A DNA stretch of 64,000 nt from an uncultured virus (IMG/VR IMGVR_UViG_3300008120_000033) (taxonomy: Duplodnaviria > Heunggongvirae > Uroviricota > Caudoviricetes). Positions 16,968-27,462 of this stretch are shown piece after piece; the stretch's first letter is position 1, and each line of letters opens with the position of its first letter. The notes below the pieces were generated by a model that made no database searches, was not told where the DNA came from, and saw only the letters and a program-made list of their open reading frames with translations. The stretch lies in IMG/VR virus record IMGVR_UViG_3300008120_000033; one strand, given 5' to 3'. Made by a program: the position numbers and the translations under genes.

Positions 16968-18545
16968 ATGAGCTACGACGAGAAAGCCACAGTCAGCATT
17001 GACGCCGAGGGCAACGTTCTTAAGTGCGCCAAAGGCGCTAGTGCCGCTGACTGCGGTTTTGTTAAGGGTTCGGAGTTGTGCGCAAAGTGCGGCGCCATGC
17101 CTGTTGAGATGAAGATGGTTCCCGCCTCTGAGTTGGAGGAGAAGGAAATGGCCATGGAAGCTCCGGAAATGAAGCCGAAGAAGAAGCCTGCAGAAGGTGG
17201 CGTTGTTGGCGTAATGGAAGTTGACCTTGAGGCAGACACCGAAGAGGAAGAAGACGAAGACGGCGAGCCAATGGAGAAATCATCTAAAGAGATGAAGCCC
17301 AAGAGGGTCCCAGTTCCTGGCCAGGTAATAATGGCTGATGACGAGGGCGAAGAGGCAGCGCTTGACGAAGCCGAAATGGACATGGAGTCAATGGGTGACG
17401 AAGACGAGGAGTCTTCTGCTCAAAGAACTATGGGCAAGGCGAAGGCTGCAAAGCTTGAGGTAGAAATCGACTCAGAAGATGATGACGAAGAGTCAGACGA
17501 CGAAGAAATGTCGGAAGACGAAGAAATGTCAGACGAGGACGAAGAGGACGAGGAATACGAGGAAGACGAAGACGATGAGCTCATTATGGGCGAGAAGTCA
17601 TTCTCTGCTCGCGACTCAGAGTGGGAAGACATTCGCAGGTCACGAATTAAGTCCCTTGGAATAAAGACAGCTGACCTTGGCGCTCACGGATATCTATGTG
17701 CAATAGAGAGAAAAGCCTATGCGGGTTCTTCTCCTGTTTGCGACGACTGCCCAGGTGGTTGTGTTGCTGAAAAGGGTCTGCCCGGACTGCTACACGTCGA
17801 AGGTTTGGCAGAAAAAATGTTCGATGGTGTTGTTGTTGACTCCGGCTACTCGCAGCCAGCAGACATGTTTGTTGTTGATGTACAGACAAAGGATGGTTCC
17901 GTCAAGGAAGTATTCATCGACGGAACAAGCGCAGAAGTTTTGGGCTTCCAGAAGCTCGATGAATCAGAATTTGAACAGAAGTCTGGCTTTTCTGAATACA
18001 AGCTCATTGATTTCACCGAAGCAGCAGAAATCGCCGTCAAGTCAATTGATGGACATGTTGTTGCGGTAGAGCCAGATGTTTTCGAAGGTTTTGATGCTTA
18101 TGCTGTAGAAATCGAAGGATTTGACGGAAAGTCGTACGACGTCTTCGTTGCCCTTGATGGCGAAGTGCTCGGTTATGACAAGTATGAAGCTGATGAGGTT
18201 GAGCAGATTGAAGCAGAAGCAGCTGAGATTGCAATCAAGAGAGCTTTTTCTGAAGAGAGAAGAATGGAACTTGCCAAGGAAGGTATGGCTCTTCCTGACG
18301 GTTCATATCCAATCGTTTCAGAGTCCGACCTAAGAAATGCAATTCAGGCTTTCGGTAGGGCAAAAGACAAAGAGGCTGCCAAGCGCCATATTATGAAGCG
18401 CGCTCGCGACCTTAAACTCGAAAGCCTTATCCCCGCAAACTGGCTTGCCGGAAGCAAGGAAAAGAGCGAGGAGCTGGGTGATGCGGATTTCATGGCGGCC
18501 CTCGTCGAGTTCCAGCTTCTCGAAGACTCAATCGACGATAAGTAA
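16968..18545 (+). CDS. Head-associated protein: Cys motifs, very acidic linker, two PepSY-like repeats, C-terminal DUF6582-like domain
   Basis: IDFTEAAEIAVKSIDGHVVAVE..YAVEI..DVFVALDGEVL; ALPDGSYPIVSESDLRNAIQAFGRAKD..AAKRHI; start ATG 16968 after GGGAG. Confidence 0.7.
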   Translation: MSYDEKATVSIDAEGNVLKCAKGASAADCGFVKGSELCAKCGAMPVEMKMVPASELEEKEMAMEAPEMKPKKKPAEGGVVGVMEVDLEADTEEEEDEDGEPMEKSSKEMKPKRVPVPGQVIMADDEGEEAALDEAEMDMESMGDEDEESSAQRTMGKAKAAKLEVEIDSEDDDEESDDEEMSEDEEMSDEDEEDEEYEEDEDDELIMGEKSFSARDSEWEDIRRSRIKSLGIKTADLGAHGYLCAIERKAYAGSSPVCDDCPGGCVAEKGLPGLLHVEGLAEKMFDGVVVDSGYSQPADMFVVDVQTKDGSVKEVFIDGTSAEVLGFQKLDESEFEQKSGFSEYKLIDFTEAAEIAVKSIDGHVVAVEPDVFEGFDAYAVEIEGFDGKSYDVFVALDGEVLGYDKYEADEVEQIEAEAAEIAIKRAFSEERRMELAKEGMALPDGSYPIVSESDLRNAIQAFGRAKDKEAAKRHIMKRARDLKLESLIPANWLAGSKEKSEELGDADFMAALVEFQLLEDSIDDK

Positions 18546-18559
18546 CCGAGGTCCCCGAT

Positions 18560-21500
18560 ATGTCGGGTGAACCGGTAAAGCACAGGGTAATAACGTCTGG
18601 ACGTCTAGTATCTCCAGTTGCCTGCTGTAGGGACTTCGATGCTAGAGCGCTTCGTTTCAAGCAATCAATCAACGGAAGCGTCTACTCAGGCAGGCTTCAA
18701 GCAGATATAGCCGTAAAGGCGCTTGGTTGGGGCATCTCTCGCAAGCAAGACGAGGGAAACACTGACAATAAAAAGCGTGAATTCACCGGGGAATCAATGC
18801 CCGGTGTTGAAAAAAACGCATACGGGTATAGGTGGAAACCAGAAGCCAGATGGGAACCGGGCTCAAAGCTTGTTCTATCGCCAACAATTGAGAGCATTCG
18901 CGGAATGGATATCGAGCCTAATTTTGGCTGGATTCCAGAAAAGGAACGCGAAGTTGATTCGTTTGACAAGCTGCTGAATAAGCTGCGAAATAAACCACAC
19001 ATAAAAATATCTAAGTTTGATGTAAACCCTAAGACTGACGAAGTTGACACATCTTCTGAAAAAATTGTCGACCCATTTGCAATGTCAACAGGCATGACAA
19101 TGGAGGAACGCAGAAGAAGGCTCAACAAGGGCAAAAACGTAGAAGAAAAATCATTAGGACCCAATCTTGGTGCGCGAGTTCCTGGCGGTTCATTGCTAGC
19201 AAGGGCAGCTGCAGCAGTTGGAATACTTAGAGATGAAAATAATAAGTTTAGGTGTCCTCCAGGAACGCCAGCAGCTAACCAGTTTACGGACGCCATGGGC
19301 TCAAACTGCTTTGGGTTCAGTGCTAGTAGATTCGCAAGATTTGCTGCTCGCCAGGCCGCAGAACTCTCCAACCAAGGAGAAATGCAGGGACTTAGAAACA
19401 GTGCACGAAATGTACTTGACTTTGTTTACAACGGAAGATGGTTTCGTGACTTAGCTGATGCTGACCCAGCAAGAATTGGTCGCAGTCCATGGTATGACGC
19501 AGCAACTGGCGAAAGAATAGAAACACCTGACTGGCGTGACGTTGATGGCCCAGAAAATCTCCGCGTAACAACTAATGGGATGATTAACGCGCAAGATGAA
19601 ATTGCGCGAGCTGATGCTGAAGTTCTCAGTCTACTGGATGACCTTGGTGTCGACATAAGTGATGAGGCGAGAGCCACGAATGAAGACCTTGGTCAAGCAT
19701 TTGACACACTGCGACAGATGGCTAATAATGGCGACCCACGCGGATGGGATGTAAACCTTGTCAACGCAAACGGAGTAGACCAGCCAAGACTGACACCACA
19801 ACAAGTCGAGCAGTTTGTCACAGCCCGCCTACAGGCCGTTCAGGGATGGACTTCACTCTCAAAAGAAGAACAAGACCTCATGGTCAAGGCTGATACTGCA
19901 AGATATTACGAAACCGAAAGAGCATTCCTTGAGTCCCTGCTAGTTCAGTTCAAGAGAAACCCATCTGCAGCAAAGTTTCTTGGAACAATCATGTACGACT
20001 CGGACTCGAACCACGAGGCCGGAACATCACTAATGCGCGATGCTGCTCAAATTATCGACATGACTGACCCTGTTACTGGGAAAACAAGAAAAGTCAAAAT
20101 ACCCGGGGAAATGCGTGGGGTAATCGACTTCAACATGGACATGATTATGAGCAACCAGGAAACCATGCTTCCAAACATGGGTGCTGGCCAGCGCCTGTCA
20201 ATAGCTGCCATTGGCGGAAGAACAGACGCCGAATCTCAGATGGCTCTTTCACATTTTATGCTAAACGCTGACCTTGCGGCTCGCCACATGGCTGGACTCG
20301 TAGATGGTCCAAAATCATTCACGAGACACATAGGGATACACGAATTTGCCCACTTGGTCCAGGCTCAGGGATTCATGGAGGAGATTGACCGCAGAGCAAA
20401 AGCCGGAATGCTTGAGGTTCCGCAGTTCTCTAAGCGCGGCGACTATCTAGGGCAGAAAAAGATAAATAGCCTTTACGACTTAAGCGCTGGCGACATCATG
20501 AACATGATGACACAAACAGCTGACGGGATAAACCTTAAAGAACTTGGTGATGTGATGAGCCGCCTAGAGGGTGTTGCTCAGTTCTCTGGCGCATATCCAA
20601 GAGAATATGAAAAGGGAAGCGAAATATGGGCGCTCGAAGCCCTTGCTGAACTTTATGCGCTGAGGGAACAAAAACTTATAAGCGGCGATGACGTCGACTC
20701 GGTTCTGGAGTTCATGGATGACATCATGGCAAAGAGAGCTGAAACTTCGGCAGCAATCGCAAGCGCAACATATGACCTGGATGAGGTTGATTCTCCAGAC
20801 ATTGATTCACCAACAGCAGACGTTCTTCCTGGAATAACGCCAGAAGAACTAGACGCAATGGCAGAAGAAGCGCTAGTCCGTAGGGTTGCCGACAGGAGAG
20901 AAACTCTAAAAGCTTTCAGAAGTGACTATTCGGGACTCACTCAGGAGGAGATGTTTGATGTTGCTACAGAAATAGCGACAGATTACACTATCGCTAAAGA
21001 AAGTCTGGATGAAATAGAAAAGTCGGAAATCCCATCTGGCTTAACACCGGAAGAAACAGATGCTGCAACAAGAGCCAGACAAGAGCTTCTTGATATAGCC
21101 ATAGAAGAGGCTCAATTCCATGAGAAGAAGTACGACGATGCACGTCGTGAATGGAAAAAGAAGTATGGAATTGGTGCTCGTTCGGAAAACGCAAGATTTG
21201 ACGCAGAAGTAGGGTCACTAAGGGAGTCTCGCGGCCTACTTAGTCCATCGGAAGCTGCTAAAAATGCAAGAGCAAGACAGCTTGATGCTATTTCTGAAGA
21301 CATAACACAAATCGATGATAAAAAAGCCATCAGAAAAATGGCCGACACCCAAGTTCTGATGAAGGCAAATTCTGATGATGTCGACAAATCAGTAGAACTA
21401 GCTGAAGAATTCGACACCATGAAGAATGCCATGATTGAAAAACTTAGGGCTGGTGGAGATAAACGCAGCAGGTCGAGAATTAGTAAAGAAATCGATGAAA

Positions 21501-24500
21501 AAATTGAAGCCCTAAACAGCCCTAAACCAAAACCAACTAGAAAATTCAAATCGAAAGCGGATGCTGATTCATTTGTTAAGTCTCGTAGGGCGAGTCAATC
21601 AAGACGACTTACGCCACGTCAACGTGAAGCCATTCGCCAGATTGGTACTGGTGAAGACGTGGATATCTCTAATGTTTTGGACCCACAGAAACAAGTTTCC
21701 GCTGGTCGTGCAATAAATCGTCGCAACGCTCGCCTTGCAAGGCTTGGTCTTGAGGTAGATGAAAATTCATCTTCTGAAGCCCCCCTTGATAGGCAAGTGC
21801 AGAATGTTTTGATTCCAACAATGGAGGCGATAGATGCCACCTCCATAACAGAGCCTTTCGAGATTGAGGCAATCGTAGAAGTTGAGTCTGGTAAGGTTTC
21901 CGGCCGCTCTGTTGGAAAAGATGTTCAGATAGACAGCCTCGTTACGGGCAGGCTTATGCCCAAGGGCCGTAGACCAACGAAGCTGACAAGACAGCAAGAA
22001 TCTGATGCCCCCGAAGGCAAGAAGAAGAAGCGCGTTGTAATTTCTCTGAAGGAGGGAGACAAGGGAATATTCTCGTCTCCTGGAGAAGATGGGGAGAGCA
22101 GATTCATTCTACCTCCCGGCTCTTTGCGTGTTGTGTCTCGTGGTGACGATGGAACAATCTACATGGAGGTTTCATCTCAGAAGAATGCAGTTGAGGCTGC
22201 CGAGTCATTGAGGGATTCTCTTTCTAACGGCACTGATGACGCAATTTGGCGAAAAGGTGCATCCAATAGGGTTGGCAAGGTTGTCAATGAATATGTGACT
22301 GCACGCCGGGAAAGCAGAGATATAGATTCCCCTAGAAACGACAGCGATAAACAGATAGCAGAGACAAACTCATCCATCAATGAACAGGTAGTTGATGCTG
22401 GCTCAAGCTTTGGTGAAGGTATAGATGATGTTGACCTTCAGGGCGCAAGCGAATCATTGTCATCCGGACGTTCAATATATGGTCCAAAACAAACAAGAGC
22501 ACAGAGAACCGAGTCTCGACGCAGTAAAATCTCCAGCAACGCTAAGGAAATAAGAAACATACTTTCAGGCAAAGGCTCAAAAGAATTCCCAGAACTATCA
22601 AAGGAAAATATTGACCCACGTGTTGCCGAATTAATTATGAACCTTCCAGATGAAGAACTTCATTCACTAATCGAGGAAACCGCATACAGAATGCATTCTG
22701 GCCTAGATAGGCGCGCCCATGTGAGAATGAGGGAATCAGAAGTTGATGAAATGCTCATAACTGGAACGGTTCGTTCACCACTCGCATCAAGCTCTGACGA
22801 TTCTCCAGTTGCTTCAAGACGCATAGAAAGAATACTGAGACGCAACTCATCTGGCACAAGAGAAGACGGCTTCAGAAGAGCCATGCAAAGCGAATCCCTT
22901 AGCAGTGGGGCAGTCAAAAAGGGCATCGGTGAGCGCCTAAAGGGCAGGGCGATGAATCAGATAGCTGAACGAATGGGCCTCGATGATGAAGAGAAAGAAG
23001 TCATGGAGCTTGTCGTTGATACGGCCGCAGCGATGCGTTTTGGTCCTCAAGCTGCACTCACGAAACTTGGAATGGAACTAGCCAGAAGAGGAAGCAGAGA
23101 CCTAGCAGAGTTTGTTGTTGAAAAACTTAAGGAAGACGACAGAATCAACGATGAACAAGCAAAGATGATTCTTAAGAGAATGAATAGAGTTGCCCCAGAG
23201 GGGCTGCCCGAACCGCTCAAGGATGCCGCAGTTTCTGCAGCAAGGGGCGCGCGCAGGATGGTTGATACACCAGAAAACAGGGAAAGAATAGCTACAGCGC
23301 GTGAATCTGCTGGACGCAGAGCAAGGCGCTTACGAGATGCAAGCGCAGAACGAGTGCGCGAAATGCGAGACAGAATAACTGGTGTTGAGGCAATCAACGA
23401 CGCGGGCGAAACTGGGCCTCCCATCGGGCTACCGCCAGTGCCGGTTCTTCGCGGCGAACCACGAGTGACCCTCTCTAGCGGAAGGGTGGAGAGAACACTT
23501 AAGCCTGGCTCGATATCCCCACAAACTTCCAAAATAAAGAGCAGTCGTGCTTCAATCTCTCTCGGGGAAAATTGGCGTGACCAAATAGAAGTTTACGAGA
23601 TAGGCGGAAAGCGTGTCGCCTTCGGTGTTCCCAATGAACAGTCATGGGAATCAGATATATCTGATGTTGAAGTTTTACCAATTAACCCATTTGTTATTTC
23701 TGGGCTTGACGAGACATCTGACGAGGGCCGGGAGTTGGCCATTAAGTGGACACTTGCCGGAATTGGACTTAATGAAGAAGGTAATGATTCAAAAACAGAA
23801 GCAAGTTCAATACTTTATGCAGCAACGCGCGGTGACACTGACGCACAAAAGAGACTTGATGACCTTGCCGAGGCCGGACAGAAGACAGTTGACGCAAGTC
23901 GCAAAAACATAGCCCAATTACGACAGGAAACAATCGATAGGGAAGCTGCCGCAAGAGAGAAGACCCTAAGTGAACTTAGAAGGGCATTGCCAGACGCTTC
24001 AGAAGAAGAAATACAAAGAAGAGCACGCCCCTCTCGGTCCAACGGCTTTAGTGGCCTGTCAGTAGACGACCTGTATCTCGTCCACGAAACTACATATGAA
24101 CCACAGTACGACAGTGATGGTAATTTAGTTATAAGACCAACAGGCGACTACCCAATGCTTGATGAAAATGGTCAACCGCTACTCGATGACAATGGTAGAC
24201 CGTGGGATACATATAGGGGAACAATACATTTTTCTATTAACCACAGGGTTTCCGGACATCAGCAAAGAGAGACCCCAGAAGCAAGCAATGTAATAATGAT
24301 TCCGTTAAAGGACGTTATTGCGGCCAACCCTGGAGCACTCGACAACCTTTACGGAGTTGATACATATTTAACGCCACCACCGGGGGAGCCACTCAAACTT
24401 CCTGCGTCTGCAGTTAGGACACTCAAACTAGAAAAGGGTGAAACCGACCCATGGGGCAAGGTTCATACTGAGCTTGAAAGCATGGGAATGAGTCCTGATG

Positions 24501-24772
24501 TCAGGATGTATGGAGGCACAGACTCTGTTGGCCTCGATGCCGACCAGAGAATAAGTGGAATAGCTGCCCAGCTTGACGTTGAGAATAAAATGCACTCACA
24601 CTCAGATAATGCACACTTTGAAAAAACAAGAAAACATGATGGTATGTCATTCCCTGTTACTCCTGGAATATTTGCTAACTTAAGTCGAAATGCTCTTCTG
24701 CGTTTAATGCATCAAGATAGATGGTCTGGGGCAAACAACTCACTATCTGAAACAACAAGAAGTGTTGTTTAG
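18560..24772 (+). CDS. 2070-aa polyvalent protein: zincin (HEFAH), degenerate ADP-ribosyltransferase-like module, C-terminal domain paralogous to 41140 protein
   Basis: GIHEFAHLVQ (20339)...EALAELY; VISLKEGDKGIF..GESRFILPPGSLRVV; three LSSG motifs. Confidence 0.72.
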   Translation: MSGEPVKHRVITSGRLVSPVACCRDFDARALRFKQSINGSVYSGRLQADIAVKALGWGISRKQDEGNTDNKKREFTGESMPGVEKNAYGYRWKPEARWEPGSKLVLSPTIESIRGMDIEPNFGWIPEKEREVDSFDKLLNKLRNKPHIKISKFDVNPKTDEVDTSSEKIVDPFAMSTGMTMEERRRRLNKGKNVEEKSLGPNLGARVPGGSLLARAAAAVGILRDENNKFRCPPGTPAANQFTDAMGSNCFGFSASRFARFAARQAAELSNQGEMQGLRNSARNVLDFVYNGRWFRDLADADPARIGRSPWYDAATGERIETPDWRDVDGPENLRVTTNGMINAQDEIARADAEVLSLLDDLGVDISDEARATNEDLGQAFDTLRQMANNGDPRGWDVNLVNANGVDQPRLTPQQVEQFVTARLQAVQGWTSLSKEEQDLMVKADTARYYETERAFLESLLVQFKRNPSAAKFLGTIMYDSDSNHEAGTSLMRDAAQIIDMTDPVTGKTRKVKIPGEMRGVIDFNMDMIMSNQETMLPNMGAGQRLSIAAIGGRTDAESQMALSHFMLNADLAARHMAGLVDGPKSFTRHIGIHEFAHLVQAQGFMEEIDRRAKAGMLEVPQFSKRGDYLGQKKINSLYDLSAGDIMNMMTQTADGINLKELGDVMSRLEGVAQFSGAYPREYEKGSEIWALEALAELYALREQKLISGDDVDSVLEFMDDIMAKRAETSAAIASATYDLDEVDSPDIDSPTADVLPGITPEELDAMAEEALVRRVADRRETLKAFRSDYSGLTQEEMFDVATEIATDYTIAKESLDEIEKSEIPSGLTPEETDAATRARQELLDIAIEEAQFHEKKYDDARREWKKKYGIGARSENARFDAEVGSLRESRGLLSPSEAAKNARARQLDAISEDITQIDDKKAIRKMADTQVLMKANSDDVDKSVELAEEFDTMKNAMIEKLRAGGDKRSRSRISKEIDEKIEALNSPKPKPTRKFKSKADADSFVKSRRASQSRRLTPRQREAIRQIGTGEDVDISNVLDPQKQVSAGRAINRRNARLARLGLEVDENSSSEAPLDRQVQNVLIPTMEAIDATSITEPFEIEAIVEVESGKVSGRSVGKDVQIDSLVTGRLMPKGRRPTKLTRQQESDAPEGKKKKRVVISLKEGDKGIFSSPGEDGESRFILPPGSLRVVSRGDDGTIYMEVSSQKNAVEAAESLRDSLSNGTDDAIWRKGASNRVGKVVNEYVTARRESRDIDSPRNDSDKQIAETNSSINEQVVDAGSSFGEGIDDVDLQGASESLSSGRSIYGPKQTRAQRTESRRSKISSNAKEIRNILSGKGSKEFPELSKENIDPRVAELIMNLPDEELHSLIEETAYRMHSGLDRRAHVRMRESEVDEMLITGTVRSPLASSSDDSPVASRRIERILRRNSSGTREDGFRRAMQSESLSSGAVKKGIGERLKGRAMNQIAERMGLDDEEKEVMELVVDTAAAMRFGPQAALTKLGMELARRGSRDLAEFVVEKLKEDDRINDEQAKMILKRMNRVAPEGLPEPLKDAAVSAARGARRMVDTPENRERIATARESAGRRARRLRDASAERVREMRDRITGVEAINDAGETGPPIGLPPVPVLRGEPRVTLSSGRVERTLKPGSISPQTSKIKSSRASISLGENWRDQIEVYEIGGKRVAFGVPNEQSWESDISDVEVLPINPFVISGLDETSDEGRELAIKWTLAGIGLNEEGNDSKTEASSILYAATRGDTDAQKRLDDLAEAGQKTVDASRKNIAQLRQETIDREAAAREKTLSELRRALPDASEEEIQRRARPSRSNGFSGLSVDDLYLVHETTYEPQYDSDGNLVIRPTGDYPMLDENGQPLLDDNGRPWDTYRGTIHFSINHRVSGHQQRETPEASNVIMIPLKDVIAANPGALDNLYGVDTYLTPPPGEPLKLPASAVRTLKLEKGETDPWGKVHTELESMGMSPDVRMYGGTDSVGLDADQRISGIAAQLDVENKMHSHSDNAHFEKTRKHDGMSFPVTPGIFANLSRNALLRLMHQDRWSGANNSLSETTRSVV

Positions 24773-24789
24773 TTGGGTGGATGATTTAA

Positions 24790-26307
24790 ATGACAAGTAA
24801 CAACAATCAGCGCGGATTTAGCGCAAGAAATATAACGAAGTCAGAAAAGGCTCGGGCAAATAGATTTATTTCTGCCGCTGTTTCTCGTTCTGGTGCCAGC
24901 AAGCAGGAATCAGACAATATTAAAAAAACCATTTGGGAGCTTCGTTCAGTTGTTTCTCGTGACAGAGACTCGGGGTATATGAAAGCGGCTACGTCTGTAG
25001 CTACGGACATTGGGCCGGATTATGCAATTGCTGCAGTCTCAAGACTCGGTGATATGGGGCTTGTTGGTGACATCGAAGTTGAATCAATGATTTCCGCGAT
25101 AGAAAAGAAGCACAAAACCAACAGAAATAATTCGGTGCGAATAACCCGATTATTTAATCAGGCAGCAGATGCTGTTACGGAGTCAGGAATTGGTCTTCTC
25201 GCCCCAAAGGTTATAAATGGCAGAACGATAGGTTCGGGCGGAAACCGCAATAGAAGTGCAACCAGTGAGCAAAAACCTTTAGGTGGAGAAACCGTAGAAA
25301 GAGCGGCATCGGACATTGCTAGGGATTATTACGCAAGCGTTGGTCTTGGTCAGGATGTACCTGACGAGCTAATGCCGGTCTCTGGGTACGTAATTCACGA
25401 GGACCAAATCAAAAAGAAAAGACAGCTCGCAATGTCTTCAGGTATTGGCAACGTTGAGTCAGATGCGATATTTGAATTAGGTGACGAAGATATTCTCGGT
25501 GATGGATTGACCGCCCATGGGGAAATAGAGGTTGTGCTAAAGCCCGGCGTATCAGGAAGAGTGTCATACGGAATGGGTAATGGGGTGAAAAATGGCAATA
25601 AGCCTGTTCGCCTTAACTCAACAAATAAAGAAGATGTATCTGACGCCCTATCTAATCTAGATGGCTCAAACGGAAAAATAGAGTCAATGGAGACAATGCT
25701 TAATCTGCTTGCGGCAAGTATTGATAAGGATTTTGCAGACGTCAACAGCTCACTCGATGAGTCTGGCTCAATGAGGCGCTCTGGGCAATTTGATTCAGAG
25801 AAAAGAACCCATAAACCGCTTGAAGCACATGTGCTTGGTGGATTTGACATAGATGAAATTGAGCAAATTAACTACCCGTTCACCAAGTTGCAGAAAATGG
25901 CCGCCAATCAGGATATAAGCGATGTTGTTAACGAATCATTTATTAACAACACCCTTGTTAAGAACGGATTTACTATTGAAGAAATTGAGTACATGTCTTC
26001 TACGGGGATGACTTCACGCACAAACACCGAAAGTATGGACATGCTTCGCTCCTACAGGCTTGCCGTAAAGATGCGAGACAAGTACCAGGAGTCAGGCATA
26101 AACAAATTAATGATTGCTCACCCATCTGGCATAAATATCTTTAACCCACTAAGCCACTCTAAAGCTGCGAGGCCAGGACAAGATGTTGAAGAGGTTTTGA
26201 AAGAAAACATAGAGATAGAGATAGCCGAGATGGGCAAGAAGCTCATGAAGGAAATAAGAAGCAGTGAAAAACCTTCACTTATTTCAAGACGAGGCGGCAA
26301 GCTATGA
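24790..26307 (+). CDS. Hypothetical protein with degenerate DUF3626-like motifs
   Basis: PVSGY..GEIEVVLKPGVSGRVSYGMGN..LEAHVLGGFDIDEIEQI resembles P.YG..LK..V..R...GDS..EAQ.HG. Confidence 0.5.
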   Translation: MTSNNNQRGFSARNITKSEKARANRFISAAVSRSGASKQESDNIKKTIWELRSVVSRDRDSGYMKAATSVATDIGPDYAIAAVSRLGDMGLVGDIEVESMISAIEKKHKTNRNNSVRITRLFNQAADAVTESGIGLLAPKVINGRTIGSGGNRNRSATSEQKPLGGETVERAASDIARDYYASVGLGQDVPDELMPVSGYVIHEDQIKKKRQLAMSSGIGNVESDAIFELGDEDILGDGLTAHGEIEVVLKPGVSGRVSYGMGNGVKNGNKPVRLNSTNKEDVSDALSNLDGSNGKIESMETMLNLLAASIDKDFADVNSSLDESGSMRRSGQFDSEKRTHKPLEAHVLGGFDIDEIEQINYPFTKLQKMAANQDISDVVNESFINNTLVKNGFTIEEIEYMSSTGMTSRTNTESMDMLRSYRLAVKMRDKYQESGINKLMIAHPSGINIFNPLSHSKAARPGQDVEEVLKENIEIEIAEMGKKLMKEIRSSEKPSLISRRGGKL

Positions 26308-26816
26308 AAGCAGCACTTGTAGGGACCGTTGGAGACGACAAGCTTTACTACATAATCGACGCCACGGTCAATGACAAAGATGGCGCAATTGAGAGAGAAG
26401 ATGGAACTGTTGTGAGGATTGACTTTATGTCCTTTTCCTCAAGTGCTCGCAGTTTAAAGAAAATAAGGACATCGCCATTCCATAGAAAACTATGGGATGC
26501 CCCAAGAAACATGTCTTCCGGTAGCTGGTATGAAACATTCATCTCAAAGGAAAAAGAAGTGGATGAGAAGATGCTTGCCGGGTTGCCTGTTTATTCTGCT
26601 CTTGGAAAAGACCGCAAGAAGATTGACAAGATTAATGAGAAATCTCTTGAATTTTCATCCAGTGGTTTAGCGAATCAAATTTTGAGCAAATCGGCTAATG
26701 GGCCAGTGGTAAAGTTTGATAAGCCAAAACGAGTATTCAATACGAAGCAGGAGCGGAAAGACGCATGGCTCGCCATGCACCTGCTCCGAAAAATAGAGGA
26801 GAGCGATAATGCTTGA
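26304..26816 (+). CDS. Hypothetical protein
   Basis: 170-aa ORF, ATGA overlap with upstream gene. Confidence 0.7.
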   Translation: MKAALVGTVGDDKLYYIIDATVNDKDGAIEREDGTVVRIDFMSFSSSARSLKKIRTSPFHRKLWDAPRNMSSGSWYETFISKEKEVDEKMLAGLPVYSALGKDRKKIDKINEKSLEFSSSGLANQILSKSANGPVVKFDKPKRVFNTKQERKDAWLAMHLLRKIEESDNA

Positions 26817-27462
26817 CAATGAGCAGATTAAGGCCGACCCGCTTGGCGGCATACTGCCACAGGAACTGGTCACTGGTGACATACTTAGGGGGTACGGCCC
26901 CAGAAGAGGCAATCTTGAGCGCCTACTTAGGTATTGGCGACCAATCATGAAGAAGCCTGGTGGATTCAGAAGATGTCGAGTGATTCTTGCAAACCATCCA
27001 GAGCTTTATCCACTTAGCAATATATGCGCCTGGCTGCACCATGAGACAACTGGTTTATGGCCAAACGAAGGATGTCATCATCCGGGCATGAAAAACTGCA
27101 GAAAAAAGCTTCGCAAGTTAACAAACTGGACTGATGCGCAGTTTTCTCAGTCTCTCGCTGGCAAGAAACCAAAGAATGTGGTTAGAAATCTTAAAAAGAG
27201 TGACTCCATTGAAGAGTTGGACATGTTCTTTTACGACAGGGAGTTTGCCACTGAGGAAAAGGGTCTAAACCAGGTCGTAACAGAAGGTGACATTGAGTAC
27301 GCGATGAAGGTCTTGTCGGAATTTGCCGACATGGAGCCAGATTTTATCAAGTTTATCGGTGACGATAAAAATTGGCAAATAGAAGGCGAAAACGAATCTG
27401 GAACAAAGGTTTATTCTGCGTTCATTAGTTCAAAATCGGATGAGGAAAACTGCTGTGGATGA
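26809..27462 (+). CDS. Head-cluster protein with Cys/His motif
   Basis: L.RYW..PGGFRRC..L..CAWLHHETTGLWP, a motif type I recall from actinophage head clusters. Confidence 0.6.
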   Translation: MLDNEQIKADPLGGILPQELVTGDILRGYGPRRGNLERLLRYWRPIMKKPGGFRRCRVILANHPELYPLSNICAWLHHETTGLWPNEGCHHPGMKNCRKKLRKLTNWTDAQFSQSLAGKKPKNVVRNLKKSDSIEELDMFFYDREFATEEKGLNQVVTEGDIEYAMKVLSEFADMEPDFIKFIGDDKNWQIEGENESGTKVYSAFISSKSDEENCCG